Part shown: piece by piece, positions 21,198 to 31,538 of the stretch
Numbering within the stretch: the stretch's first letter is position 1
How the letters are laid out: each line of letters starts with the position of its first letter
DNA from: Fimbriimonadales bacterium
GTDB taxonomy: Bacteria; Armatimonadota; Fimbriimonadia; Fimbriimonadales; ATM1
Assembly (NCBI GenBank): GCA_051003155.1
Contig: JBPCLO010000048.1
Coordinates: 12,635 to 76,634 of the forward strand
DNA: 64,000 nt
Direction of reading: 5' to 3'
Notes under the pieces: generated by a model
What the model saw: the letters and a program-made list of their open reading frames with translations, nothing else
Told to the model about the DNA's origin: nothing
Databases searched by the model: none
Translations under genes and position numbers: made by a program

Positions 21198-21509
21198 TAA
21201 GTCCATTCTCCTTAGCCTCGTCCGCGCTCGGTTCACTCTTCGCGTTGCCCCTGTGACTTAGGGTCGCTCGAACCGCCGCTGTGAAGCCTTCATTCAGACT
21301 GCCGGCCGGCGTCGTTGCGCCGGTCGGCAGCTAGCGGGCTTCAAAAGAAAACCCTACCGACACACGTCGGGAGGGTCCTCATAGGCCGCGTCGAATTTCT
21401 TGGACGCCATCGCTTAGAATCCGCAGGTTCCCGTTAGATCAAGGAGCCTCCCTCCGACGATTAGTCAATTTTTATTAGGACACGGCCCAGTGGGCCTTGC
21501 CAGCGTAAT

Positions 21510-21539
21510 ATTGTATCAGAGAACGGTCGGCATTGTCAA
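21510..21539 (-). promoter_or_regulatory. sigma70-like promoter for rplC operon
   Basis: TTGACA-18 nt-TACAAT on minus strand. Confidence 0.75.
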
Positions 21540-21779
21540 GCTCAATACCTAGGACAGGCGCCGGCAGACTGATGGCTAAAACGGCGTGGACGGCACTTGG
21601 GCGTTGGCGAAGGCTCTGCTACTGCGAAGTGGCGTGCTGCCCTCTCGCGCCGTTCCCTGGATATCAGGCACGCTCAGACGGCAGATGGATACCCTCCACA
21701 GCAAGCAGTAGGCGGATAGAACAGCGCGTCTGAAACTGAAAAAGCGTTACCTAACATGCTGCCCAGGTGCATCTGCGAG

Positions 21780-22679
21780 CTATGGACCATAGAGTCCGGG
21801 CAGAGCCAGTTCGCGGCGAACACCCGGTGCAACGTTGCCGGCCCTGTAGCGAGGCGAAAGGCCTGTGGCTGCCATGTAGGTATCGAGAGACAGGACGAAA
21901 AGACGCTTCGACGCCCGGTCCCTCCTACTCATCGCAAGGGTCGCCAGTTCGTGCGCCAGGAGAAGTGCCTTCGGCTCCCGCGAGCGAAGGAGAATTGCAG
22001 ATGCGTTTCGGTAGTCGGACGCAGTGTTTAACTCTCCCGAGGCGACGATCCGGAGCGCTCTCTCGACCTCCCGTTTTGGCGATGACGAGAGGAGCTTGCG
22101 CAACCCATCCGAGTCCTTCCAAACCCTTTTGTCCAAACGTCGTGTCAGATATTTGATGCGCACGTCGAGGTTCTTCATGACAGCGTCGAACCCGCCTTCC
22201 TGCACCTCCTTGAGCGTAGGAAGCAGGAAGTCTTGCCGCATTTGGTCGGTCACAACCGGCCCCTGGGTATCTGGCGGCTTTAGTTTGCCCTCCCCGTCGA
22301 ACTGCGATCCCCATCTCTGGAGCCTGCCGAGCGACGCCAACCACCGGTCCTCTGTTAAGGCGGGCAGGTTGCCAAAGGACCCTTTGAATGCGGCAATGGC
22401 GGATAGCTCGTGCGCCAAGAGGTAATCCTCGGGCTTATCGCCGTGCTGGAAGATAAGCGCGGCCGCGTCGAAATCCTCGGCGGTTCGGACTTCGTCGGCA
22501 AGGAGCAACTCACGCACCCGATTACGCCGCGCGGCGTCCCTGGTCGAAATCTTCTCCCACTCGGCCCGCGTGGGCGGGGTTGTGAAGTGGCGCTCCGTCT
22601 GGTCCGCCTTCCTCAGCGCAGCAAGCTCAGCCGACGGATCGGCGCTCATGGACAAGGCCGCGATCGCTGCGAGAAGCAT
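21780..22679 (-). CDS. Exported hypothetical protein with internally duplicated helical domain
   Basis: Signal peptide; repeated motif ..TAEDF..AALI..H..P...LLAHELS / TASDY..ASAIL....P..LLLAHELA. Confidence 0.75.
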   Translation of the reverse strand: MLLAAIAALSMSADPSAELAALRKADQTERHFTTPPTRAEWEKISTRDAARRNRVRELLLADEVRTAEDFDAAALIFQHGDKPEDYLLAHELSAIAAFKGSFGNLPALTEDRWLASLGRLQRWGSQFDGEGKLKPPDTQGPVVTDQMRQDFLLPTLKEVQEGGFDAVMKNLDVRIKYLTRRLDKRVWKDSDGLRKLLSSSPKREVERALRIVASGELNTASDYRNASAILLRSREPKALLLAHELATLAMSRRDRASKRLFVLSLDTYMAATGLSPRYRAGNVAPGVRRELALPGLYGP

Positions 22680-22695
22680 GCTCAGATAATACAGG

Positions 22696-22723
22696 AAGGC
22701 CCGGGCATAAAACCCCGGGCCTT
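22696..22723. terminator. GC-rich hairpin, probable terminator
   Basis: aaggcccggg-N8-cccgggcctt inverted repeat downstream of 22739 stop. Confidence 0.55.
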
Positions 22724-22738
22724 CTCTCGGTTAGTACT

Positions 22739-23340
22739 CTACGTCTTCAGGCAGAAGCCTTCGAAGTCTTCGCAGTACCAACCGCCGTTGCTGCTCACGA
22801 TCGTTCGATCCCAGATGCGTAGCCGGATCACGTAGCCGCACGCGCTCATCGGCGTCGTGACGAGCTTCCATGTGCCATTTTCACCGAGCGTCGGGACGAT
22901 CGGGTACGCCTTGGACGCCGGATTGGGCGTGGCGCCGTTCGCGCCAGGGACGCCCTGTGGCTGAACGTCCAGGTACAGCGACCCGAAGTGCTCGTCGGAC
23001 ACGGAGTAGGTTCCGTGAATCCAGTTCCCCGCCTCGAGCGTCGCGCAACCTGCGACCTCTACGTCCCCCGTTCCCCAATGGCCGATGTTGCTTACGTCGC
23101 GTATGAAGCCTTCCTCCAACAACAATGCTGCTTGGGTCTAGGTGTAGGTAGAGATCCAGGTGTCTCTTCTGCACGTCGATGCTGGCAAAGTTCCGAAATC
23201 TCTTGAATGCCAGGTAGGGCTTCGTCTGCTTTTCGGAGACATCCTCTCCCAGCCCGAGGATTAGTTCGCGTGTTCTTTCAAGCAACTCGCGCTTATCGGG
23301 GCCGAGCTCTTGAATCACTTCGCTAATCGGCTTATCAGTG
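22739..23340 (-). pseudogene. Chimeric remnant: frameshifted DUF5655-like domain joined to the C-terminus of an unrelated protein
   Basis: YLAFKRFRNFAS...LYLHLDP / LEEGFIRDVSNIGHWGTGDVEV split across frames near 23120, then abrupt switch near 23053. Confidence 0.6.
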
Positions 23341-23622
23341 TTTTTTGCGGGAGCCTGGGAGCTTCGAGCTGCGCTCTGCTGTTGGCCTTCCGACGACCGT
23401 ATCCGTTCGAGGACGCGTGTGCCCAGGATAGGCGTTCGAGAACATTTGACGGTTGCACGACCCTGGGTGGCACGGTCAGGTTCGCCGCCTTGGAAGGAGT
23501 CTCAGCATCCTAGAACAGCGAATCTGTCCGTGTGACGTCTTTCGGTATCCTCGTCTTCCATCGGAAAGCACAAACTTAGCAAGACCTTCAACGAGCCCGG
23601 GCACGCGCACGCGAACATTGCC

Positions 23623-24252
23623 CTACCTCCAAAAGTCGCTTTCGACAAATGAATAATCAAAAACCAGCCACAGCGAAACATCAGTGTAAATTAGCCTGCG
23701 GCCATGAGACAATCTCCATTTCGCAAATATGGAATCAGGCTCTTCGGTTGATGCTAGGCTTGGTTCTCCGAGCAAGCTCTTGAGCTTCTTCAACAATCGG
23801 CGCTCTTCCCCCTCAAAGACCTTGACACCACGTTCCGCGATAGGCAGTTTCGATTGTGGGACCAGCGTTATGGACGCCAGGTCCACCACGTCCTTTTTCG
23901 AAAAGCGAAAGACATTCGGACGATCTTCCTGTGGCACCGTGAAATAGGTACCGTTTTTCAGCCTGGTCCGAAGGTCGTGCGACGTGAAGACGAGGAACCC
24001 GTCCAGAATACCGGAGAAACGATAAAAACTCCCGACGATCTCACCTTCGGACCATTCGGGTGCTTGGTCAATGTTCTTTGTTCTCACAGCTTTCGGGATG
24101 CGCGCGGCAATCCCCGGAAACTTTTCGTTTGGCTTCAGCGAACGAAGGAAAGTCACAATCGCTGGCAATTCCTTCGCAGCAAAATACTTAAATCCCTGCT
24201 GCTCTCCACCAGAAGCAAGCGACAAAGTCATAATGGCGACCGCGATTTGCAC
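23623..24252 (-). CDS. Hypothetical exported protein
   Basis: 209-aa ORF, hydrophobic N-terminus, lower GC. Confidence 0.6.
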   Translation of the reverse strand: MQIAVAIMTLSLASGGEQQGFKYFAAKELPAIVTFLRSLKPNEKFPGIAARIPKAVRTKNIDQAPEWSEGEIVGSFYRFSGILDGFLVFTSHDLRTRLKNGTYFTVPQEDRPNVFRFSKKDVVDLASITLVPQSKLPIAERGVKVFEGEERRLLKKLKSLLGEPSLASTEEPDSIFAKWRLSHGRRLIYTDVSLWLVFDYSFVESDFWR

Positions 24253-24370
24253 GATGGCGAAAATATACCTCTGAGCCGCGGGCTTTGGCGCAGGCGCGGG
24301 GGGTGCTCGGCCCCCGCTTGCTTAGGATGGCTCATAAATAGGCTTCATCTAGCACCCTCGTCGAATCGTC

Positions 24371-24698
24371 GCCGTCCTTAGGGGCGACCCGACCAAGGAG
24401 GGTCTTCACGATTAGAATGAGAATGCCCGGCGGCTACACGGTGAAGCCGAACTGGCATTCCACCGAGGAGCATGTCACCGTTCTCGAAGGCTCGCTGATG
24501 ATGGCCCTCAGCGCCAAGCTCGACAAATCGATGGCGCAGACCCTGATGGTCGGGGGATACGCTGTGATGCCCGTGAAGACGAACCACTTCGCCATTGCGG
24601 GCGAAACAGGAGCGACTATTCAGCTTAGCGCAATGGGTCCCTTCGACATCAACTACGTAAACCCTGCCGACGACCCAAGAAAGGGCGGCACGCGCTAG
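24371..24698 (+). pseudogene. Cupin-domain (DUF4437-like) remnant
   Basis: AVLRGDPTKEG / VFTIRMRMPGGY..P.WHSTEEHVTVLEG...GPFDINYVNPADDP; frameshift near 24401, N-terminus missing. Confidence 0.7.
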
Positions 24699-25221
24699 TT
24701 ACGGCCGGACCCCCAAAAGCCCGCGCTAAGGGGTGTTTTGGGGGTTCACAATCCCGAGCCGCACCCACGTAATTTCTGCGAGTTTCCCAACCCATGTTGT
24801 GCTACACCTAGTTGCTATCCCCGCTTGGCAACATTTCAACCAATCGTACGACGGTCGGGCGGCCCGGTCAGGTTCGCACGTCGATAGTCATAGTCGACTA
24901 CCTGCACAGCGAAGCTGTCGGGGTGACGGGTTGCCAGTCGCGGAGAGCTGCGCGATTGCAGGTCCCTAATGCTGGACGCTCGGACAAACAAGATGCTACC
25001 CCTGGGTGAATACGCGGTTGACATCTGCTCGCCGAGGTTCCGAAAGAATTGAGGGCGAAGCTGCGCCCGACACCCGGAGGTCCATTCATCGTTAATCTTG
25101 CGTCCGCCTGTTTTTGAATCTACCGGCCCTAAAGAGCATGACCATAATAAACAACGATGAATCGGCGTCACCCTGCGCCGCGAAACGTCGACCAATAGGG
25201 GGAAACGGATTCAGAAAACGG

Positions 25222-25266
25222 CGTCATCACGTCACATTCCCTGACTCACAGGTGTCGTGATGACGC
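25222..25266 (+). repeat. 45-bp palindromic element, copy 1
   Basis: cgtcatcacgtcaca-N13-aggtgtcgtgatgacgc; matches reverse complement of 35592-35636. Confidence 0.8.
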
Positions 25267-25317
25267 GAATGTACGGATCGAAGTTTGAATGAGGTTCCCC
25301 CATCCATCGGGATGCCG

Positions 25318-25354
25318 AAAAGGAAAAGACCCCGGGATGAACTAGCCTCGGGGT
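25318..25354 (-). terminator. Rho-independent terminator after rpsJ
   Basis: accccgag...cccggggt stem followed by cttttccttt on minus strand. Confidence 0.7.
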
Positions 25355-25378
25355 ACTTCACAATACAACCGATTGAAG

Positions 25379-25686
25379 TTAGAGCTTGATCTCTATGTCC
25401 ACTCCGCTGGGGAGGTCGAGACGCATGAGGGCATCGATGGTCTTGTTCGTCGGCTCGAGGATGTCGATCAGCCGATTGTGCGTCCGAATCTCGAACTGTT
25501 CCATGGACTCCTTGTCGATATGGGGCCCGCGGATCAGCGAGAACTTGCGGATATGGGTAGGCAGCGGAATTGGGCCCGCAAGGCGGGCGCCCGTGCGCTT
25601 CGCAGTGTCCGCAATTCTCTCCGCACTCTGGTCGAGAGCGCGGTGATCGTACGCTTTCAGCTTGATTCTAACTTTTTCGGTACGCA

Positions 25687-25687
<1 letters not shown>
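25379..25687 (-). CDS. rpsJ: 30S ribosomal protein S10
   Basis: GTG start overlapping tuf [21 protein letters not shown]...[13 protein letters not shown]. Confidence 0.97.
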
Positions 25688-26889
<1,202 letters not shown>

Positions 26890-26944
26890 CGATACCTCTT
26901 GGTGAATAGGTTTGCGCCCGCACATAGCTTGGGCGCGACTTGCA

Positions 26945-26974
26945 ATTCTGACACAAACGAAGCCGCGAGGTCAA
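26945..26974 (-). promoter_or_regulatory. Candidate sigma70-like promoter for tuf-rpsJ
   Basis: TTGACC-18 nt-CAGAAT on minus strand. Confidence 0.5.
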
Positions 26975-27068
26975 TGGTAACCCGTTCCCGAGAGCAGATG
27001 CCTATCCCTCCACAGTTCCGATGGTTCGCCGACTGCTTGTCGCCGAGTCGACGGGTCACCGGGCGTTC

Positions 27069-28888
27069 CTACTGCTCAACGAACCAGACGGCTTGGTCTA
27101 TCTTCGAGCCCCAATTCGGCATCATCACATCAACGGCGAACCAGGACAAACGTGATCGCATCCTAAGCGTTCCGGGTTGTATGAACCGATCAGGATCAGT
27201 TGTGATCTCGACATCCTCCACGGTTTCCATGTTTGAAGGCTGCCGCACAAACACTTCCCAACTCCGCGTAACGAAGTTGTACAATTCGATCTTGTACGTC
27301 ACCCGCGATAGGGGAAAACCCGTCGTGAGAGCTTCGGCCCTAAAGGTCAACTTGCTAACCGAGGATACAGTTGCATTGCCCTCCACCATGACCGCCGTGC
27401 CGTTCAGGCCCGGCTTGGTCCTTGCGACCACCGGACGCGCCTGAATTTCCAAACGCTCGTTGTCACTTGTGTAGAGATCTGACAGCTCTCCCGCAATCAG
27501 AATCCCTCTCTGAATGGTGAACGCGTCGGGTAGAACTAGTCTTCGCCGGATCGTGGAGGGTGCGTATTTCACCGTAGCGTAGTCGAAACCGCTTCCTGTG
27601 CCCGCGGAATAGCCCGTCACGTAAACGTTGCCCGAGACGTCTAGCGCCAAGGCAGTTGCTAAATCGTAGCCGTTCGCCACACCGGAGTAGCGCGTGAGCC
27701 ACTGCTCGATGCCCGCAGAATCGTACTTGATGGTAGCGTAGTCAAAGCTGCTGCCTGTGCCCGAGGAAAAGCCCGTCACGTAGACGTTTCCCGAAGCATC
27801 CAGCGCCAAGGAATTGGCTACATCATAGCCGTTCATCGGCCCATTGTAACGTGCGACCCATTGCTCATTGCCCGCAGAATCGTACTTGATGGTGCCGTAG
27901 TCCTCGGAACTCCCTATGCCCGTGGACGAGCCCGTCACGTAGATGTTGCCCGAGGTATCTACCGCCAACGCGTAGGCGTAATCGGTGTTGTGCCATGGCC
28001 CATCGTATCGTGTGACCCACTGCTCGTTGCCTGCGGAATCGTACTTGATTGTGGCGTAGTCAAAATTGCCGGCGCCGTAGGACTCTCCCGTCACATAGAC
28101 GTTGCCCGAGGTATCTACCGCCAACGCGTTGGCGTAATCGGAATCGCTCCCTCCATGGTAGCGTGCGACCCACTGTTCGTTGCCCGCGGGGTCATACTTG
28201 ACCGTGGCGTAGTCAAGGTTGTTAGTAAGGTTGCGACCGTTCCCGTCACATAGACGTTGCCCGAGGCATCTACCGCCAACGCTACGGCCCGTTCCCCCAA
28301 GACCGACTCCTCAGGCCCACGTGCGACCCACTGCTCCTTACCCGAGGAGTCATACTTGATTGTGGCGTAGTCACTGCCGATTGAGCCGTGGGACTCTCCT
28401 GTCACGTAGACGTTGCCCGAAGGGTCTACTGCCACGGCGTACGCCTTATCAACCCAAGAGCCCCCATGGTACCTTGCTACCCATTGCTCGTTGCCTTCGG
28501 AATCATATTTGATGGTAGCGTAGTCCTCGCGGTTCGAGCCGTTCCAGGAGTAGCCCGTCACGTAAACGTTGCCCGAGCCATCTGTCGCCAAGGCGGTCGC
28601 GAAATCGTCGCCGTTCGCGCCGTTGTAGCGTGCGACCCACTGCTCCTTGCCCGCGGAATCGTACTTGACGGTAGCGTAGTCAAAATTGCCGGAGCCGTAG
28701 GAGTAGCCCGTCACGTAGACATTGCCCTGAGCATCTGCCGCGACATCGACCGCAGAGTCGTTACTGAAGTCCTTGCCCGGCCCGTTGTATCGAGCCACCC
28801 ACTCCTGCGTCTGGGCTGCTGCGGGCATTAGTAGTCCGCCCAAAAAGCCCACGAATGCGTAAACCAAAGTGGTGCGATTGGTATTCAT
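27069..28888 (-). pseudogene. Secreted 8-repeat SBBP-like beta-propeller protein with shared C-terminal domain; frameshifted near 28241
   Basis: Eight WVARY.G...LA.D.SGNVYVTG...DYATIKYDS repeats continue across two frames; signal peptide at ATG 28888. Confidence 0.85.
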
Positions 28889-29234
28889 AATAGTTCCTCT
28901 TTCTTCTCCAACTGAGAGTCTTCTTGTTGCGTCTCGTAGCCCGCGTGCGGCGCATAGCATAAACTCAGCGGCCCGTTCCGAACGCCTTCGTCCTTGCAAA
29001 CTGCGACGGTCACGCCATTCCTACGGCTTCTCTCCATCTCGTGTTCCACCCCGGGCTCGTATTCAGAGCAAGCTCGCCTAAAGGTTCGCGAGACCGGGGT
29101 TCGTGGAAGGTAAGAAGGCCGCGATTGAATATTGTAACATCCATATCCTGCCAAGCCAAAACAGCACCTCTCACTAGCCGCGCAGCCGTCATCGGAGCGC
29201 TCTTTGTTGCGTAGAAACATTGAGGTGCAATGAA

Positions 29235-29531
29235 ATGCCACAGAAAAGCTGGACCAAGAAAGACGAGAAAATGTACGAGCACATCAAGGACAGCGAGCGC
29301 GACCGTGGCAGGCCGGAATCACGTGCGGAAGAAGTCGCAGCCAGGACGGTTAACAAGCATCGGCGCATCGAGGGCCGTACCAAGAACAAGCGAACCTCCG
29401 GCACGGGAAATCCGAACGAGCCACTGGGAGAACGTACCCGCGACGAGCTTTACAACCTGGCCCAAGAGCACGGCCTCAAGGGCCGCAGCAGGATGAGCAA
29501 GTCCGAGCTTGTCTCCGCCCTCGGCGGTTAA
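29235..29531 (+). CDS. Small protein with C-terminal Rho-N-like domain
   Basis: W..KDE..YEHIKDS...AARTVNK...TRDELYNLAQEHGLKGRSRMSKSELVSAL. Confidence 0.8.
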   Translation: MPQKSWTKKDEKMYEHIKDSERDRGRPESRAEEVAARTVNKHRRIEGRTKNKRTSGTGNPNEPLGERTRDELYNLAQEHGLKGRSRMSKSELVSALGG

Positions 29532-29532
29532 T

Positions 29533-30195
29533 CTATCGGCAACGCCTTCGACTAACCGCGAAGGCAAGGCCGGCAGCAACTGCGGCAAGGGTGGCGGGTT
29601 CCGGCACAACGACTCCGTGTATCTGGAACGACAGGTCCGCGAAGCCGCTGATCTCCCAGTCGCTTCCGACCGGTATTTGTGCGGCGAAGTTGTTGCTGAC
29701 AGAAGGCACGGCGGCCTGCCAATAGAAGCCGTCGCCATCGGGATCGAAGTTATCCGAACCCACCGAAAACCAATAGTTCCCTGGTGCGACTGCGAGGGAT
29801 GAGTCCATCGTAAAGTCGAACTCCCAAATGGGGATTCCGAACGGATCCTCGCCCACCTCGATCGGGGCGATGTCCTCCGTAAGCGCGGTTTCCGAGGCGA
29901 GCTCTGTGCCCGGCATGCCGGCGTCATCGGCGAAAACGGCCATCGTGAAGGATTCCATGTTCCTCAGGTCGCTGAAGAACGCACCCTCGGAGCGACCCCA
30001 CCACTTGAACCGCTGAATCTCGGAAGGCGATCCGATGGTGAAAGCCTCCGCCAGTCGCTGATTGTTGAACTGTCCGGGAACCGAATCGGATGCGAATGCC
30101 AGCTGCGGATCGTGGGGGCTTAGGTCGTAAAGCAGGTCTGCGCTCGCTCCCGGCGCTATGAAGATGGCGATGGCAGCAAGGCTAAGTTTTGTCAT
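29533..30195 (-). CDS. PEP-CTERM sorting domain protein
   Basis: Signal peptide; C-terminal VPEPATLAAVAAGLAFAVSRRRCR. Confidence 0.9.
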   Translation of the reverse strand: MTKLSLAAIAIFIAPGASADLLYDLSPHDPQLAFASDSVPGQFNNQRLAEAFTIGSPSEIQRFKWWGRSEGAFFSDLRNMESFTMAVFADDAGMPGTELASETALTEDIAPIEVGEDPFGIPIWEFDFTMDSSLAVAPGNYWFSVGSDNFDPDGDGFYWQAAVPSVSNNFAAQIPVGSDWEISGFADLSFQIHGVVVPEPATLAAVAAGLAFAVSRRRCR

Positions 30196-30273
30196 TCATT
30201 CTCTCCTTTCATTCTCTTTACAAGAAAGTAACTGACCTGAGACGCAAAGGTGGCCCGCTGATACAATGAGACC

Positions 30274-30561
30274 ATGGCTAAATCGAAGCGGGACGAATTG
30301 ATTGGCTTCGCGCTGGGCTTTCCGGAGGCTCGTCTGGATCACCCGTGGGGCGAGGACGTGGCCAAGGTCGGCATGAAAATCTTCGCCTTCTTCAGCGCTT
30401 CCGAAGAGTACGCGACGACCGTGAAGCTGCCTTCATCCAACGAATTCGCCGTCCCACTGCCAGACATCCAGCCCGCTGGTACGGACTGGGAAGAAAAGAT
30501 GGGCAACCATCTTGGTGGCTGCGAATCTCGCTCCTTATGGTGCTCGCCGTCTTGGCCATGA
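30274..30561 (+). pseudogene. MmcQ/YjbR family protein, frameshifted near 30480
   Basis: ALGFPEARLDHPWGEDVAKVG.KIFAF; PAG|YGLGRK motif split between frames. Confidence 0.65.
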
Positions 30562-30627
30562 TCACAGCTGTGTTGCTCTTTGTTATCGCCTTATGGCCGT
30601 TTTTCTTGATTGATTCAATGATATATC

Positions 30628-31425
30628 TCAAGATTTCGCACGACCCGCTACATCGCGCGTCGCGAAGTGGTTCCAACCGCTAAGAACCAGGCGCTCGTTC
30701 GGGTGGCTGTTTCCCTCCTCGACCCGGTCGCCACCGGCGTACATCTGCACGAGAACGGTCTTGCGTGTCTCGCTCGACCGGTTGGGCATCGAGCCGTGCA
30801 GCGTGAAGTAGTGGAAGAAAAGCACGTCACCGGGCTCGGCTTCGAGCGGCGTCGCACCCTCGATCGGGTGGTTATCCAGCATCTGCGAGGGCATTTGGCC
30901 GGATGAGCCTTGTACTCGGCCCAGCTTATGGCTTCCCGGATAGACACGAAGGCACCCCATCTCGTCCGTCGCCGGGCTCACATGAATGATGGCCGCGAGC
31001 ATCGTGTCCTTCTCGGTCGGGAAGTAGGTCCAATCCTGGTGCATCGGAAACGGCGCCCCCTGCTCGGCGGGCTTTTGAAAGAGCTTCGAGTGGTGGAGGA
31101 TAACATTGGCGCCGAGAATCGCCGTCGCGACTTCGAGGAACTTCGGGTGGGTGAACGCTCTTAGCCACTTGGCTGAATATTGCTGAACGTTGTGTGTGTG
31201 TAAAACCACCGCGTCCGCCTTGGCGATCCGCTCCATCTGCGGTCCGGACCACACTGCGTTAGCCTCCTCGCCGCTGGCGATAACCTGGTCGACGATCCTG
31301 TCGAAAGCGATTTCGAATTCCTCAATTTCAGCAGAAGAGAAGATGCCTCGCGCCAAGTAAAATCCGTCGTTGGTGAACTGACTCCCGATCGCCGCGTTAG
31401 GCATGAAATCTTCGGCATTGGCCAT
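30628..31425 (-). CDS. Phytanoyl-CoA dioxygenase (PhyH) family Fe(II)/2OG oxygenase
   Basis: KP...PMHQDWTY, YPGSHK, PGDVLFFH..TLHGS.PNRS...R. Confidence 0.9.
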   Translation of the reverse strand: MANAEDFMPNAAIGSQFTNDGFYLARGIFSSAEIEEFEIAFDRIVDQVIASGEEANAVWSGPQMERIAKADAVVLHTHNVQQYSAKWLRAFTHPKFLEVATAILGANVILHHSKLFQKPAEQGAPFPMHQDWTYFPTEKDTMLAAIIHVSPATDEMGCLRVYPGSHKLGRVQGSSGQMPSQMLDNHPIEGATPLEAEPGDVLFFHYFTLHGSMPNRSSETRKTVLVQMYAGGDRVEEGNSHPNERLVLSGWNHFATRDVAGRAKS

Positions 31426-31538
31426 CGCTCCGATTGTACTGGATTGCAAATTAAAGTCCGTCGAAAGAAGCTATGGATGCGGTGCGTTGTCGTACATAAT
31501 GTTATTGGTTTGCCATTTACAAACCTAGGGAGAGTGCA

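Noticed and set aside
24750..25200. Short ORFs downstream of the cupin remnant
   Set aside because: No recognisable motif, RBS or consistent frame; left unannotated.
28236..28246. Programmed -1 frameshift site in the SBBP gene
   Set aside because: No canonical X XXY YYZ slippery heptamer; a deletion explains it better.
27560..28810. Regular ~160-bp repeats suggesting an array
   Set aside because: They are coding beta-propeller repeats with codon-position variation; no CRISPR repeat-spacer structure.
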